Shown: piece after piece, positions 17,974 through 29,995 of the stretch
Layout of the letters: each line of letters opens with the position of its first letter
Position numbering within the stretch: the stretch's first letter is position 1
NCBI GenBank assembly: GCA_028279275.1
Contig: JANQOB010000020.1
Coordinates: forward strand, 1,890-65,889
DNA from: Gammaproteobacteria bacterium
GTDB lineage: Bacteria > Pseudomonadota > Gammaproteobacteria > UBA4575
Direction: 5' to 3'
DNA: 64,000 nucleotides
The notes under the pieces: generated by a model
Seen by the model: the letters and a program-made list of their open reading frames with translations, nothing else
The model's database searches: none
Told to the model about the DNA's origin: nothing
Made by a program: the position numbers and the translations under genes

Positions 17974-18939
17974 ATGATAAAGCATGCGGCATTGATTTTA
18001 GTTTGGGGGATAAATATCGTTATGCTGCGATATTTTTTTGATATATCTGAAAAGCTTAGCTTATTTATTTTTATTGCGGGTTTGATGGTATGGGCAAGAT
18101 ATAGGTCTCGTGCCTTTATTAAAACTGTTCCTCTTTTAATGCTTGTTTTTATGTTAATTTATTTATCAACTATTCAGGCAAGCAATGATCGCGTTTGGTT
18201 GGATGAGGTTTCTAAATTGCCAAGCATTCAAGTCGAAAATAACCAAGTAACAATCGAAAACTTTCGTGATTTCACGTGGCAGGGTATTGATGACAGTAAC
18301 TTAAACTGGGTGAATAGAACATTTGACTTAAATAAACTACAACGGCTTTATCTATATGTAGTGCCATTCCATGATTCTCAATATATGGCACATACTATGC
18401 TCGGGTTTGACTTTAAAGATGAAGGGACTTTGATAGTTTCAGTTGAAACACGTAAAGAGAAAGGAGAAGACTATAGCTTGATAGCAGGCGCATTACGCCA
18501 GCTTGAACTAATATATGTTTTTGGAAGTGAGCAAGATTTATTAACGTTAAGAGCTATGCATAGAGGAGCAAAAATACATCTTTATCCTATTAAAGCGGAA
18601 ACTGAATTTATGGTTACTTTATTTAAGGATCTGGCACAGTCTGCTAATGATTTGCAGTTAAAACCTAGGTTCTATCGTACCTTGCGTGATAATTGTACGA
18701 CTACATTGGTAAAGCATATTGATCGACATTATGAAAAGAAAATTGGTTTGCGCATAGAGACTATTTTCCCCGCAAAAGCAGGTGAATTACTCTATGAGTT
18801 TGATCGAATGGATACACAGTTGCATTACACTCAAGCACATGAGGTTTCCAGGATTGATCACTTGGTTAAACAATATGCAAATGAAAAAAACTTCTCTTTT
18901 TTATTGCATGAAAATGCTAGCTTAATCTCTGATGACTAG
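17974..18939 (+). CDS. DUF4105 (Lnb-like) membrane protein
   Basis: N-terminal TMs, AHTMLGFDF, SVETRKE and FYRTLRDNCTT (putative His/Cys dyad). Confidence 0.85.
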   Translation: MIKHAALILVWGINIVMLRYFFDISEKLSLFIFIAGLMVWARYRSRAFIKTVPLLMLVFMLIYLSTIQASNDRVWLDEVSKLPSIQVENNQVTIENFRDFTWQGIDDSNLNWVNRTFDLNKLQRLYLYVVPFHDSQYMAHTMLGFDFKDEGTLIVSVETRKEKGEDYSLIAGALRQLELIYVFGSEQDLLTLRAMHRGAKIHLYPIKAETEFMVTLFKDLAQSANDLQLKPRFYRTLRDNCTTTLVKHIDRHYEKKIGLRIETIFPAKAGELLYEFDRMDTQLHYTQAHEVSRIDHLVKQYANEKNFSFLLHENASLISDD

Positions 18940-19028
18940 ATGATTATGTTTAGGAGTATGACTTCTTGATGATATAATCTTAAAAGCCAACTCTTATATA
19001 ATAATAAAAATTACAACCATAAGCCATC

Positions 19029-20189
19029 ATGAAAAAAATAGTTATTGCACCTGATTCCTTTAAAGGAAATCTTACTTCATTAGAGGTTGCGACTTGCTTA
19101 GAGAAAGGTATCAAGCGAGTCTTACCAAAAGCGAAATGCATTAAAGTGCCAATGGCAGATGGTGGTGAGGGAACGGTGCAATCATTAGTAGACGCTGCTA
19201 ATGGTAAGTTGATAAAAAAACGTGTTAAAGGACCTGCAGGAAAATTGGTGACAGCTCATTATGGTTGGCTTGCGAAGCAAAAAACAGCTGTAATAGAGAT
19301 GGCAGAAGCATCCGGACTGCCATTAGTGACCGGACGCGAAAAAAATCCTCTCAAGACTACAACCTATGGCACGGGTCAATTGATACTAGATGCCATTAAT
19401 AAAGGTGCGAACAAAATTATTATTGGCATAGGAGGTTCAGCTACTAATGATGGTGGGAGCGGCATGGCGCAAGCATTAGGAGTTAAATTTTTAAATGCGA
19501 GTGGACGAGAAATCAAAGAACTTGGATGTGGAGGCATGCTGGCAAAAATTGCCAAGATAGATACACAAGCTATCGATCCGCGAGTGGCTAAAACAAATAT
19601 CGTAGTTGCTTGTGATGTGGAAAATCCTCTATGTGGTAAGAAAGGCGCATCTCATGTGTTTGGTCCTCAAAAAGGCGCGACACCCAAAATGGTTGAGCAG
19701 TTAGATCAGAATTTGAATCATTTTGGTAAATTAATGAAGCGTGATCTGAAAAAAGATGTAGCACGTAAACCTGGTTCGGGAGCTGCAGGAGGATTAGGGG
19801 CAGGATTGTTAGCCTTTACCAATGCAAAACTTGAAAGCGGAATTGACATAGTTTTAGATGCAACAAATCTTGCAAAATATATTAAAGGCGCAGATCTGGT
19901 GTTAACCGGTGAAGGGCGTGTAGATTTTCAAACTGCTTTTGGAAAAACACCTTCAGGTGTCGCTAAAGCCGCGAAAAAATGTAAAGTTCCCGTTATTGCT
20001 ATTGGGGGCGCATTATCAGATGACGCGCGACAAGTTTTCGCACATGGTATTGACGGAATTGAAAGTGCCGCTGCAAAAGATATGAGTTTAGAAGAAGCAA
20101 TTAAAAATTCTAAACAGGATCTTGCCAATGCTGCTGAACGTGTAGTTCGAATGATACTTATCGGCAAAAAGATGGCGGCTAAAAAATAA
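19029..20189 (+). CDS. glxK: Glycerate kinase
   Basis: IAPDSFKG, PMADGGEGT, GIGGSATNDGG, GAAGGLG and TGEGRVDFQT motifs. Confidence 0.95.
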   Translation: MKKIVIAPDSFKGNLTSLEVATCLEKGIKRVLPKAKCIKVPMADGGEGTVQSLVDAANGKLIKKRVKGPAGKLVTAHYGWLAKQKTAVIEMAEASGLPLVTGREKNPLKTTTYGTGQLILDAINKGANKIIIGIGGSATNDGGSGMAQALGVKFLNASGREIKELGCGGMLAKIAKIDTQAIDPRVAKTNIVVACDVENPLCGKKGASHVFGPQKGATPKMVEQLDQNLNHFGKLMKRDLKKDVARKPGSGAAGGLGAGLLAFTNAKLESGIDIVLDATNLAKYIKGADLVLTGEGRVDFQTAFGKTPSGVAKAAKKCKVPVIAIGGALSDDARQVFAHGIDGIESAAAKDMSLEEAIKNSKQDLANAAERVVRMILIGKKMAAKK

Positions 20190-20208
20190 AGATACTCTTG
20201 TTATTATA

Positions 20209-20583
20209 TTACTCAACTTGACTTAATTTAAGCTCTTCAAAAGCATCCTTTGGTAAACCACGAGTTTTAATAAACTGTTCTTTAAATTCATTTTTAGCCT
20301 GTTCTAAATGCCGAATGCATTTTGCAGGCTGATTCTTACTATGTATTTCTTCACAACCTATTATGGGGGTATATTGCTTTAAAAAGGCATTTTCAAAATC
20401 TGCAACTAGTTTTTGTTTAAGTGCTTGTTGTTGAAGATCTTGTGTTTCATTTATTGCCTTTTCAGACGTAGAAGGCTTCGCGACTTCTACTGAATGTTGG
20501 CGTTGTGAATTTAGAAATAAACCCAACGTGAATGCGATGAGGACTATGCTCCAGGGGAGTATTTTTTTAGCTGTTTGGTTCAT
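20209..20583 (-). CDS. Hypothetical membrane-anchored protein
   Basis: N-terminal TM and two Cys; 124 aa. Confidence 0.65.
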   Translation of the reverse strand: MNQTAKKILPWSIVLIAFTLGLFLNSQRQHSVEVAKPSTSEKAINETQDLQQQALKQKLVADFENAFLKQYTPIIGCEEIHSKNQPAKCIRHLEQAKNEFKEQFIKTRGLPKDAFEELKLSQVE

Positions 20584-20703
20584 GATTTAGATCATGCAAC
20601 ATAAAAACAAGCTAAGATTATAGCACCCGATAAATGGATTAACTAAGCACAGGGGCTGCAGGCCAGGCAGTCTTAAAAAATGATTTAAGTTTGATTTATT
20701 CAG

Positions 20704-20874
20704 TTAGTCATCGATGTTTTTATCTGTCATCGCTAACCAGGCTTTAAATCTGGCGCGTTCGATAAACTCTATATCGGGGTTGCTGTTACCTCTACGATCT
20801 GAATTTTTTCTGCGATCTTCACCTTTAAACTGCCGACGATCGCTGCCAGATCTGCGTTCTTGAAAGTGAGCCAT
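20704..20874 (-). CDS. Small 56-aa protein with tandem (E/D)RR repeats
   Basis: Hand-translated as MAHFQERRSGSDRRQFKGEDRRKNSDRRGNSNPDIEFIERARFKAWLAMTDKNIDD, with a strong AGAGGAG SD. Missed by the ORF track. Confidence 0.75.
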   Translation of the reverse strand: MAHFQERRSGSDRRQFKGEDRRKNSDRRGNSNPDIEFIERARFKAWLAMTDKNIDD

Positions 20875-21055
20875 GCTCTCTCCTCTAGTTGAGCGTGCTT
20901 AGGTTCGACCAAATATAGGATAAGGTAAAGACAAGGAAAAATAAACGGTTGAAAAAAGCAGACGAACGGGTAATGCTTTTCTATCAAATAACGCTACAAA
21001 CTATAAATTAAGCGCTTGGTGATGCAGTTTTAGTTCTTTAAGTACTGAATTCAGA

Positions 21056-21256
21056 ATGAATAAAACCATAATATATATTGGCATCCTAATTGTCTTAATC
21101 GGTTTGCTATGGCCAGTCATTTCGAAGCTGCCATTGGGTAAGTTACCGGGCGATATTGTGATTAAAAGAGAGGGATTTCATTTTTATTTCCCTATCACCA
21201 CTATGATTTTGATTAGTTTACTAATCTCGGTGATTCTCTGGCTGTTTAGGAAATAA
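21056..21256 (+). CDS. DUF2905 small membrane protein
   Basis: LGKLPGDIVIKREGFHFYFPITT motif. Confidence 0.9.
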   Translation: MNKTIIYIGILIVLIGLLWPVISKLPLGKLPGDIVIKREGFHFYFPITTMILISLLISVILWLFRK

Positions 21257-21300
21257 GTAACTCATTTTTAAATTGAGCCAGCCTAAGTGTAGATGTTAAT

Positions 21301-22785
21301 TTATTGACCGCGATCGCTAGGTAATACAGGAGCAGGTAATTGGCTTTCTCCCATTAAATATGTGTCTACTGCACGGGCAGCAGAGCGCCCTTCAGCGATA
21401 GCCCAAACAATTAAACTCTGCCCGCGTTGCATATCACCTGCTGTGAATACACCATCAACGCTGGTCATCCAGTTTTGATCACATTTCACGTTGCCACGCT
21501 CGTCTAAGTCAACTCCTAACTGTTCTAACATGCCAGGTTTTTCGGGACCTGAAAAGCCCATAGCTAATAATGCTAAATCACAGGGCAAAGTTTCATTACT
21601 ACCAGACACTTCTTCTAATGTAATACGCCCTCCATTAACGTTAGTACGGCCATCTGCATTAACCATTTTTACCCTAACGAGTTCCAGGCCTTTTACATTA
21701 CCCTGCTCATCACCAACAAAACGTTTAGTTGAAATAGAATATAGTCGCTCTACACCTTCTTCGTGAGCTGAGGCAGTACGAAAAATGCGTGGCCATTCAG
21801 GCCAAGGATTATTTTCTGTACGGACTTCGGGTGGCTTGGGCATGATTTCTAGTTGATAAACGGAAAGCGCACCTTGGCGATTAGCCGTGCCTAAACAATC
21901 AGCACCTGTATCGCCACCACCAATAATGACGACATGTTTGCCCTCTGCGCTGATAAAGTTTTCGGGCTTCGCGTCTCCTTCGCATAGCTTATTTTGCATG
22001 GGTAAATATTCCATCGCTTGATGAATGCCAGCTAATTCTCGACCTTCAACAGGTAAGTCACGTGCAGCACAGGATCCCCCAGTAAGTATAAGCGCATCAA
22101 AATCATTTCTTAATTCATCAACAGACACATTTTCACCAATATGTGTATTAGTTTTAAACTTAACTCCTTCAGAAATCATTTGTTCCATACGGCGATCAAT
22201 TACGCGCTTTTCCATTTTAAATTCTGGGATGCCATAACGTAACAAACCACCTATACGATCCGCACGTTCAAAAACAGTAACATCGTGCCCCGCACGTGCA
22301 AGTTGTTGTGCAGCTGCTAAACCTGCAGGGCCCGAACCTACAATGGCAATTTTTTTACCGGTTGTCTTTTCTGCAATTTGAGGTGTTACCCAACCATTTT
22401 CGAATGCTTTATCAATGATGGTGAGTTCAATTCCTTTAATGGTTACAGGATCGTCATTAATGCCTAATACACATGAGCCTTCGCATGGAGCAGGACACAA
22501 GGTGCCCGTAAATTCAGGAAAATTATTGGTTGCATGTAAACGTTTGATCGCATCTTGCCATTGATCGCGATACACAAGATCGTTCCAATCAGGAATTAAA
22601 TTACCAAGAGGACAACCCTGATGACAGAAAGGAATACCGCAGTCCATGCAGCGAGCCGCTTGATCTTTAAGTGGATCCACTTGCCATGGAGCCATGACCT
22701 GGTTCCAATCCTTGATACGTTCTTCAACCGGGCGGTAGGGTTGTTTTACCCGGCCATATTCCATAAAGCCAGTAATTTTAGCCAT
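21301..22785 (-). CDS. gltD: Glutamate synthase small subunit
   Basis: [42 protein letters not shown] and [10 protein letters not shown] motifs. Confidence 0.97.
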   Translation of the reverse strand: MAKITGFMEYGRVKQPYRPVEERIKDWNQVMAPWQVDPLKDQAARCMDCGIPFCHQGCPLGNLIPDWNDLVYRDQWQDAIKRLHATNNFPEFTGTLCPAPCEGSCVLGINDDPVTIKGIELTIIDKAFENGWVTPQIAEKTTGKKIAIVGSGPAGLAAAQQLARAGHDVTVFERADRIGGLLRYGIPEFKMEKRVIDRRMEQMISEGVKFKTNTHIGENVSVDELRNDFDALILTGGSCAARDLPVEGRELAGIHQAMEYLPMQNKLCEGDAKPENFISAEGKHVVIIGGGDTGADCLGTANRQGALSVYQLEIMPKPPEVRTENNPWPEWPRIFRTASAHEEGVERLYSISTKRFVGDEQGNVKGLELVRVKMVNADGRTNVNGGRITLEEVSGSNETLPCDLALLAMGFSGPEKPGMLEQLGVDLDERGNVKCDQNWMTSVDGVFTAGDMQRGQSLIVWAIAEGRSAARAVDTYLMGESQLPAPVLPSDRGQ

Positions 22786-22820
22786 GGTCTGTCACCAACT
22801 TGATTTGGAGCTTATTGTAA

Positions 22821-25800
22821 TCATCCATGCGCTGCTTCCATGACCGCTTCATCTACTGAGGTGCCTTCTGCTTCAGCCTTTTTAATTGCCGCGAGAACAC
22901 GTTTGTAATCTTTAGGCATGATCTTGACAAATCTTGATTGATAATCTGTCCAATGATCTAAAATATTTTTCGCGACTGTACTTTTCGTATAGTCAACGTG
23001 TTTAGTGAGCAATGTTTTAACTTCTGCTATATCTTCAGCATCCATTTCGTCGAGATCAACCATATCTTGGTTACATAGTATTTGGAATTTTTCTTTATCA
23101 GCCAATACATATGCAATACCGCCTGACATGCCTGCTGCAAAGTTTCTTCCCGTAGGTCCAATCACTACAACGCGACCTCCGGTCATGTATTCGCAACCAT
23201 GATCACCCACACCTTCTACTACGGTACTGACACCACTATTACGCACACAGAAGCGCTCACCTGCAATGCCACGGATATAGGCTTCACCTGAAGTTGCGCC
23301 ATATAACAACACATTACCCACAATAATATTTTTTTCTGCCACAAAAGTAGAACTACGAGGGGGATAAACAATAATTTTACCGCCTGATAATCCTTTGCCT
23401 AAATAATCGTTCGCATCGCCTTCTAAAGTAAGTGTTACCCCTTTAGGAACAAATGCACCGAAACTCATTCCTGCAGAACCATTGAAGTGCACATTAATAG
23501 TGTCTTCTGGTAAGCCTTTTGCACCATAGCGTTTAGTAATATGATGTCCAAGGATGGTGCCAACTGTTCGATTGGTATTTTGTATCGGTAGAATGATATC
23601 TACAGGTTTTTGGTTTTCTAAGGCGTCTTTGCACAATGGTACTAAGGTTGTGACATCCAATGATTTGTCTAAGCCATGATCTTGTTCAGTAGTGCAATGC
23701 CATTCCGTATTCATCGGATTTTCAGGTTTGTACAAGATATTACTAAAATCCAAACCACGTGCTTTCCAATGATCGATGGCTTGCGTCACATCCAAGTGTT
23801 CGACTTGGCCAATCATTTCGTCAATGGTTCTAAATCCTAATTGCGCCATGTATTGGCGCACTTCTTCGGCTACAAATTTGAAGAAATTCTCAACAAATTC
23901 AGGTTGACCAGTAAATTTTTTAGTCAATTCAGGATTTTGTGTCGCTACTCCTACAGGGCATGTATTTAAATGGCATACGCGCATCATGATGCAGCCCATT
24001 ACTACTAAAGGTGCGGTAGAGAAGCCAAATTCTTCTGCACCTAATAATGCGGCTACCACGACATCACGACCGGTTTTTAATTGCCCATCGGTTTGCACAA
24101 CGATGCGATCACGCAAACCGTTTGCCATCAACACTTGTTGAGTTTCTGCCAATCCCAATTCCCAAGGTAAGCCCGCATGTTTTAATGAGCTCATTGGTGA
24201 AGCGCCGGTACCACCGTCATAGCCAGAAATTAAAACTACATCCGAATGCGCTTTTGCAACACCTGCAGCGACGGTACCTACACCTACTTCGGCAACCAGT
24301 TTTACGTGAATACGTGCAGACGGATTGGAATTTTTTAAATCATGAATAAGTTGTGCTAAATCTTCAATGGAGTAAATGTCGTGATGCGGCGGTGGTGAAA
24401 TTAAACCTACACCAGGTGTAGAACCGCGTACTTTTGCAATCCATGGATATACTTTTGTACCAGGAAGTTGCCCGCCTTCACCTGGTTTTGCACCTTGCGC
24501 CATTTTGATTTGAATGTCATCTGCATTGACTAAATATTCACTCGTGACACCAAATCGACCTGATGCAACTTGTTTAATTGCGCTTCTACGCAGGTCGCCA
24601 TTTTCATCTGGTGTATAACGATCAGGGTCTTCTCCACCTTCACCAGTATTGGATTTACCACCAATGCGGTTCATGGCAATGGCTAAAGTTTCATGAGCTT
24701 GTTTACTAATTGAGCCGTATGACATAGCCCCTGTTGAAAAACGCTTCATGATGTTTTCAATTGGCTCAACTTCTTCTAATGGAATAGATTGTGAGACATT
24801 TTTGAATTTAAAGAGTCCTCGCAAGGTCGCTAAATTTTCATTTTGGTTATCTACTTTGTCAGTATATTCTTTAAAAATACTAAACTGGCCCGAACGTGTT
24901 GAATGCTGCAATTTGAAAACAGTTTCAGGATTAAATAAGTGATACTCACCATCACGACGCCACTGATATTCGCCGCCCCAGTCTAAATCAGGCCGCTTGG
25001 CTGGGCGATCAGGAAATGCATTGTGATGTCGGATACTCATTTCACGCGCAACTTCTTCTATGCCAATGCCGCCTATGCGTGATGCAGTCCATGTGAAATA
25101 CTGATCGACAAATTCTTTATTCAAGCCAATTGCTTCAAAAATTTGTGCTCCACGATATGATTGCACAGTTGATATGCCCATCTTGGACATCGTTTTTATC
25201 AAACCTTTGTTGACCGCTTTAATAAAGTTTTTCACTGCTAATTCATATTGCATCTCAGGCAGGTGTCCTTTACCTATCATGTCGCCTAAAGATTCAAATG
25301 CGAGATATGGATTTATCGCATTCACACCATAACCAATTAACACCGCAAAATGATGCACTTCACGAGGTTCTCCAGATTCAAGAACTAAGCCCGCTTTAGT
25401 ACGTGAACCGCTGCGTATCATGTGATGATGAACACCTGCAACTGCAAGTAGTGCCGGCATAGCAGCCGATTCAGATGTGATTCCGCGATCCGTGAGTATG
25501 ATATTGGTGTAGCCTTCTTCGAGTGCCGTATCTACTTCAGCGCATACTTTTTTCAAAGCTTGATCTAGACCTGCTCCACCATCTGCAACCGCATATAAAA
25601 TCGGGATGGTTTTGGTTTTTAAACCAGGTAAATTTACATCACGTATACGCGCTAACTCATCATTGGTGAGCACGGGTGATGGAATTTTAATTTGTCTGCA
25701 ACTTTCGGGTGTTGGGTTGAGCAAATCTTTTTCTGGGCCAACGGTAGTCGCTACTTGAGTAACGAGTTCCTCACGAATACCGTCTAACGGTGGATTCGTT

Positions 25801-27383
25801 ACTTGTGCAAATAGTTGTTTAAAGTAGTCATACAACAAACGTGATCGATTAGATAAAACTGCAAGGGCAGCATCGGTTCCCATTGATCCAGTTGGTTCTA
25901 TACCATTAGCAGCCATTGGCGCCATGAGTACACGTAAGTCTTCATGTGTGTAACCAAATGCTTGCTGACGCTGTAATAATGTGTCCTTGTCTGAACCGTG
26001 AATTTGTTTCGCGTTTGGTAAATTTTCTATGTGGACTAAATTATTTTTTAGCCATTCTGCGTAAGGATGTTCTTCCACAAATTCTTTTTTGATTTCTTCA
26101 TCGTCGATGATGCGTCCTTGTTTAGAATCTACCATGAAGATACGGCCAGGATGCAAACGTTCTTTGACTAAAATATTCTCGGGCGGAATTTCTAATACAC
26201 CTACCTCAGACGCCATCACTACCATGTCATCTTTTGTTACATAATAGCGAGAAGGTCGTAAACCATTGCGATCCAATACTGCACCAATAACTTCTCCATC
26301 CGTAAAGGCAATTGAGGCGGGTCCATCCCATGGTTCCATTAAGCAAGCATGGTATTCATAAAAAGCTTTACGAGCTGCATCCATGGTTTCATGTCCACTC
26401 CAGGCTTCTGGAATCATCATTAACACCGCATGTGCGAGTGGGCGACCACTCATGTGTAAAAACTCCATTACGTTATCGAATGTAGCCGAATCACTGCCGC
26501 CTTCAATAACAATAGGGAAGAGTTTTTCTAAATCATCGCCAAATAGTTCAGAAGTGCATAATGATTCACGTGCATGCATCCAATTTGTATTGCCACGCAC
26601 AGTATTAATTTCACCATTATGTGCGACATATCGAAATGGTTGTGCCAGCTCCCACGCAGGAAATGTGTTCGTTGAAAAACGTTGATGAACTAATGCAAGT
26701 GCAGATTCGAAATCGGGTTCTGATATATCCGGAAACATCGGTTCAAACTGGGAACCAGTAAGCATACCTTTGTACAAACACGTGCGATAAGAAAGTGAAG
26801 GAATATAAAAATGTTCACGTTCGGATAGATTCAAATTTCCTGCGATAGTATGTTCGATACGCTTGCGAATTACATAAAGTTTGCGCTCAAAAGCGAGTTC
26901 ATCTTTACAATCTGTACCGCGACCAATGAAAATTTGTTTAAAACTTGGTTCGCCTGCCTTTGCCATAGAGCCTAATGAAGATGAATCAATAGGTACATCA
27001 CGCCAACCTAAAACATCCTGACCTTCTTCGTTTACAATTTTGTTAAATTCATCAATACAATGTTGTTGTTGCGAAGCATCATTTGGTAAAAACACCATGC
27101 CCGCACCGTAGTGACCATATTCAGGTAGGTTAATGCCATTTTCTTTACAAACACGAATGAAGAATTTATGTGGTAGTTGAGTGAGTATTCCAACGCCATC
27201 ACCGGTATTTTCTTCGCATCCACAAGCACCACGGTGAATGAGATTTTTAAGTACGGTGACAGCATTTTGGACAATTTTATGAGATTTGCGGCCCTTTATA
27301 TCCACAACGAAACCAACACCACAGGCATCGTGCTCATAGGCTGGGTCATATAGTCCTTGTTGAGGTGGTTTAGTGATACTCAT
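22821..27383 (-). CDS. gltB: Glutamate synthase large subunit
   Basis: HDACGVGF (Ntn Cys), [26 protein letters not shown] and [12 protein letters not shown] motifs. Confidence 0.98.
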   Translation of the reverse strand: MSITKPPQQGLYDPAYEHDACGVGFVVDIKGRKSHKIVQNAVTVLKNLIHRGACGCEENTGDGVGILTQLPHKFFIRVCKENGINLPEYGHYGAGMVFLPNDASQQQHCIDEFNKIVNEEGQDVLGWRDVPIDSSSLGSMAKAGEPSFKQIFIGRGTDCKDELAFERKLYVIRKRIEHTIAGNLNLSEREHFYIPSLSYRTCLYKGMLTGSQFEPMFPDISEPDFESALALVHQRFSTNTFPAWELAQPFRYVAHNGEINTVRGNTNWMHARESLCTSELFGDDLEKLFPIVIEGGSDSATFDNVMEFLHMSGRPLAHAVLMMIPEAWSGHETMDAARKAFYEYHACLMEPWDGPASIAFTDGEVIGAVLDRNGLRPSRYYVTKDDMVVMASEVGVLEIPPENILVKERLHPGRIFMVDSKQGRIIDDEEIKKEFVEEHPYAEWLKNNLVHIENLPNAKQIHGSDKDTLLQRQQAFGYTHEDLRVLMAPMAANGIEPTGSMGTDAALAVLSNRSRLLYDYFKQLFAQVTNPPLDGIREELVTQVATTVGPEKDLLNPTPESCRQIKIPSPVLTNDELARIRDVNLPGLKTKTIPILYAVADGGAGLDQALKKVCAEVDTALEEGYTNIILTDRGITSESAAMPALLAVAGVHHHMIRSGSRTKAGLVLESGEPREVHHFAVLIGYGVNAINPYLAFESLGDMIGKGHLPEMQYELAVKNFIKAVNKGLIKTMSKMGISTVQSYRGAQIFEAIGLNKEFVDQYFTWTASRIGGIGIEEVAREMSIRHHNAFPDRPAKRPDLDWGGEYQWRRDGEYHLFNPETVFKLQHSTRSGQFSIFKEYTDKVDNQNENLATLRGLFKFKNVSQSIPLEEVEPIENIMKRFSTGAMSYGSISKQAHETLAIAMNRIGGKSNTGEGGEDPDRYTPDENGDLRRSAIKQVASGRFGVTSEYLVNADDIQIKMAQGAKPGEGGQLPGTKVYPWIAKVRGSTPGVGLISPPPHHDIYSIEDLAQLIHDLKNSNPSARIHVKLVAEVGVGTVAAGVAKAHSDVVLISGYDGGTGASPMSSLKHAGLPWELGLAETQQVLMANGLRDRIVVQTDGQLKTGRDVVVAALLGAEEFGFSTAPLVVMGCIMMRVCHLNTCPVGVATQNPELTKKFTGQPEFVENFFKFVAEEVRQYMAQLGFRTIDEMIGQVEHLDVTQAIDHWKARGLDFSNILYKPENPMNTEWHCTTEQDHGLDKSLDVTTLVPLCKDALENQKPVDIILPIQNTNRTVGTILGHHITKRYGAKGLPEDTINVHFNGSAGMSFGAFVPKGVTLTLEGDANDYLGKGLSGGKIIVYPPRSSTFVAEKNIIVGNVLLYGATSGEAYIRGIAGERFCVRNSGVSTVVEGVGDHGCEYMTGGRVVVIGPTGRNFAAGMSGGIAYVLADKEKFQILCNQDMVDLDEMDAEDIAEVKTLLTKHVDYTKSTVAKNILDHWTDYQSRFVKIMPKDYKRVLAAIKKAEAEGTSVDEAVMEAAHG

Positions 27384-27711
27384 CTCGACTCTAAAATTAG
27401 CTTGGTTTTATTCTTATATATATTAGTTCTTTTGAGTGTAAATCTATGTACTACAAAAGAGTGATTTTCAAACGCATTTTCGCGTAAATTCTGAGCTACA
27501 GGCTATATATTTCAATTGATTAGCCTGCGATGTATTTTACAAACGGCCGCGAATTATAGAAGAGTCCCCAGAATTCTTCTAATAACCCTGATAAATGTAT
27601 TGTTTAGATACAGAAATCATTTCCACAATGATACGAACACAATCCGGCATTAAACGCCTGTTTAACTGCTACCCAAACGGCACAGGTGATTTAGGTTAAC
27701 TTGCAGTGATT

Positions 27712-27900
27712 TTATGTATTGGTGAGCACTAATACAGAAATAATCAAAACGACAGCCGCAGCTTGAAGAACAATGCGCAGCCACATGAAACGTTCACTAT
27801 AAGAATTATCCAGTGCACCGCCTATTCCCATTGATAATAAGCCGAGCCCTAAAGTAGCAACGGTAGCGAGCAATGCTAGGATTATTATTATATTTAGCAT
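27712..27900 (-). CDS. Twin-transmembrane small protein (HIG1/DUF2909-like)
   Basis: GGAGG SD before ATG 27900; two TMs flanking SERFMWLRIVLQ. Confidence 0.8.
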   Translation of the reverse strand: MLNIIIILALLATVATLGLGLLSMGIGGALDNSYSERFMWLRIVLQAAAVVLIISVLVLTNT

Positions 27901-27965
27901 TGAATTTCCTCCGACAAGTTGTGAAAAATGATTATGCCACGTGAATTTAACAGCGAACAAGTAGA

Positions 27966-28430
27966 CTAATAAATATAGGGTATAAAGCGATCAGCTTGCT
28001 TCTGGTAAGAAGAGTATTCCGGAAACTTAATAAGCAGTAATTTCTCTTCCATATTAGCTTTACTAATAACTGCAAAAAGCACTATTCCAATACCTAAAAA
28101 ATTAAGCCAATGCTGATTATAAAATGCTATACCAACCATCATAATGATTAGAGAAGTATACATAGGGTGACGCACGTAATGATAAGGCCCGGTTGTAATT
28201 AGATGAGCATTTGTTTTCACCTCAGGATAAATGCTGAAGTTTCCGATTTTGTTATAACAAAGAGTGGTGATGCCTAGCGCAGCTCCAATCAAGCACAAAA
28301 GTAACCAGTATTTATTTCCAAGGTTTTGCCATGCTACTGGATAGCAACAAAGTAATACCCCGCATAATTGAGAAATTACTAATAAGTGACTTCTGAATGT
28401 GTGCTGTCGTAAAAGTTTAATCAATGTCAA
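27966..28430 (-). CDS. Isoprenylcysteine carboxylmethyltransferase (ICMT/PEMT) family protein
   Basis: LITTGPYHYVRHPMY, EEKLL and RFIP motifs. Confidence 0.9.
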   Translation of the reverse strand: MTLIKLLRQHTFRSHLLVISQLCGVLLCCYPVAWQNLGNKYWLLLCLIGAALGITTLCYNKIGNFSIYPEVKTNAHLITTGPYHYVRHPMYTSLIIMMVGIAFYNQHWLNFLGIGIVLFAVISKANMEEKLLLIKFPEYSSYQKQADRFIPYIY

Positions 28431-28445
28431 TTAGTGACGAATCTA

Positions 28446-29255
28446 TTAATAACTATTTTCTTGTAGTTGTTGTGGAGAAGCTTCGATCATACTATTGAAA
28501 TTAAATAAACGCGCATCCAATAAATGACTGCTTGTAATATTTTGCATAGAACGAAAAATATTTGCGACACGGTCGGGTGATTCCTTATCCCACTCGCCTA
28601 ACATGTTTTTTATACGCTGACGTTCTAGGTTTGGTTGTGAGCCACATAAATTACAAGGAATAATTGGGAATTCTCTTCGTTCAGCATATCTTGCTATATC
28701 TTTCTCGCGACAATACACGAGTGGTCGTATAACAATATTGCGTTTATCATCACTAATTAATTTAGGTGGCATGGTCTTAAGACGTGAACCATGAAACATA
28801 TTCATAAACATTGTTTCGACCAAATCATCCATGTGATGACCAAGCGCTATTTTAGTTGCACCCAATTCTTGCGCGGTGTTATATAAAATTCCTCTTCTCA
28901 AGCGCGAGCATAAAGAACATGTCGTTTTGCCTGGTTCAATTTTTTCTTTTACGATGCTAAAGGTGTCTTTTTCAACGATGCGATATTCTATATTTAATGA
29001 ATCAAGGTAATTAGGAAGTATGTGTTCTGGAAAGCCAGGTTGTTTCTGGTCTAGATTCACTGCAAACAATTCAAACTGGATGGGCGCAACTGTTTGTAAC
29101 CGCATCAACATGTCCAATAATGTATAGGAGTCTTTTCCTCCCGATAGACACACCATGATTCGATCGCCATCATCTATCATGTGATAGTCAGTGATAGCTT
29201 TACCAGTCTGTCGCCTAAGCTGTTTTTGTAATTTAATAAATCTTTGTGATGTCAT
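28446..29255 (-). CDS. ttcA: tRNA 2-thiocytidine(32) synthetase
   Basis: PP-loop [22 protein letters not shown] and PCNLCGSQ motifs. Confidence 0.97.
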   Translation of the reverse strand: MTSQRFIKLQKQLRRQTGKAITDYHMIDDGDRIMVCLSGGKDSYTLLDMLMRLQTVAPIQFELFAVNLDQKQPGFPEHILPNYLDSLNIEYRIVEKDTFSIVKEKIEPGKTTCSLCSRLRRGILYNTAQELGATKIALGHHMDDLVETMFMNMFHGSRLKTMPPKLISDDKRNIVIRPLVYCREKDIARYAERREFPIIPCNLCGSQPNLERQRIKNMLGEWDKESPDRVANIFRSMQNITSSHLLDARLFNFNSMIEASPQQLQENSY

Positions 29256-29307
29256 TGCTGTGAAACTTTAAAGCCGGTGGGGTGATTTTATCCATGTGTC
29301 TTCTATA

Positions 29308-29985
29308 TCAATCATCCCTAACATGGATTTCATCGCCATACTCATTTCCATTGTCATCATTATCTTCATCTTCCCAACTATAGCGCTTAATCACGGGCGC
29401 AGGATCATAATTGCGAAACATAAATGCACAAATAATACCTAAACCTGCTGCCCATATGTGTGTTTCATAAGACACACCCGGTTGGTGAGGGAAAATCCCC
29501 CAAATCATTGTGCCATATAAGAAAAATACGATAAGAGAAAGAGCGATGGCGAGGCGATCACGCCTCAATATTCCGATTACAAATATATATGCCATGATTC
29601 CATAGGTAAGGCCACTTGCACCAAAATGAAAAAACGGGCGTGCAGTAAACCACACACCAATCTCGGTCAATAGCCAAATAATCGCTAGCACTATCCAACA
29701 AGATCGTGGATAGCCATAAATAAGTGCTGTACCAAGAATTAGCAAAGCTGGAGTGTTTGAAATTAGGTGTTCAAATGAGCTATGAATTAAAGGTGCCGTG
29801 AATATGCCAATTAAACCAGGAATATGTTGTGGGCGGACGCCTAAATAAATTATTTCCAAATTAAAAACAAATGTGACTAGTTTTATTAACCATAAAACTG
29901 CAGTGAAACAAAACACAATTAAAAATGCTCTTTTTAATCTCGTGGCATCATGTGATGTAGGCTGTGTAGAAGAGATGCTGAGCAT
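29308..29985 (-). CDS. Rhomboid family intramembrane serine protease
   Basis: HxxxxHxxxN, GASG and SYETH motifs. Confidence 0.92.
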   Translation of the reverse strand: MLSISSTQPTSHDATRLKRAFLIVFCFTAVLWLIKLVTFVFNLEIIYLGVRPQHIPGLIGIFTAPLIHSSFEHLISNTPALLILGTALIYGYPRSCWIVLAIIWLLTEIGVWFTARPFFHFGASGLTYGIMAYIFVIGILRRDRLAIALSLIVFFLYGTMIWGIFPHQPGVSYETHIWAAGLGIICAFMFRNYDPAPVIKRYSWEDEDNDDNGNEYGDEIHVRDD

Positions 29986-29995
29986 GGATTACAGG

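Noticed and set aside
20769-20987. 72-aa minus-strand ORF
   Set aside because: TTG start without an SD; overlaps the better supported 20704-20874 gene in another frame.
21620-21670. Short imperfect duplication in gltD ([15 protein letters not shown])
   Set aside because: In-frame insertion in a variable loop with no evident significance.
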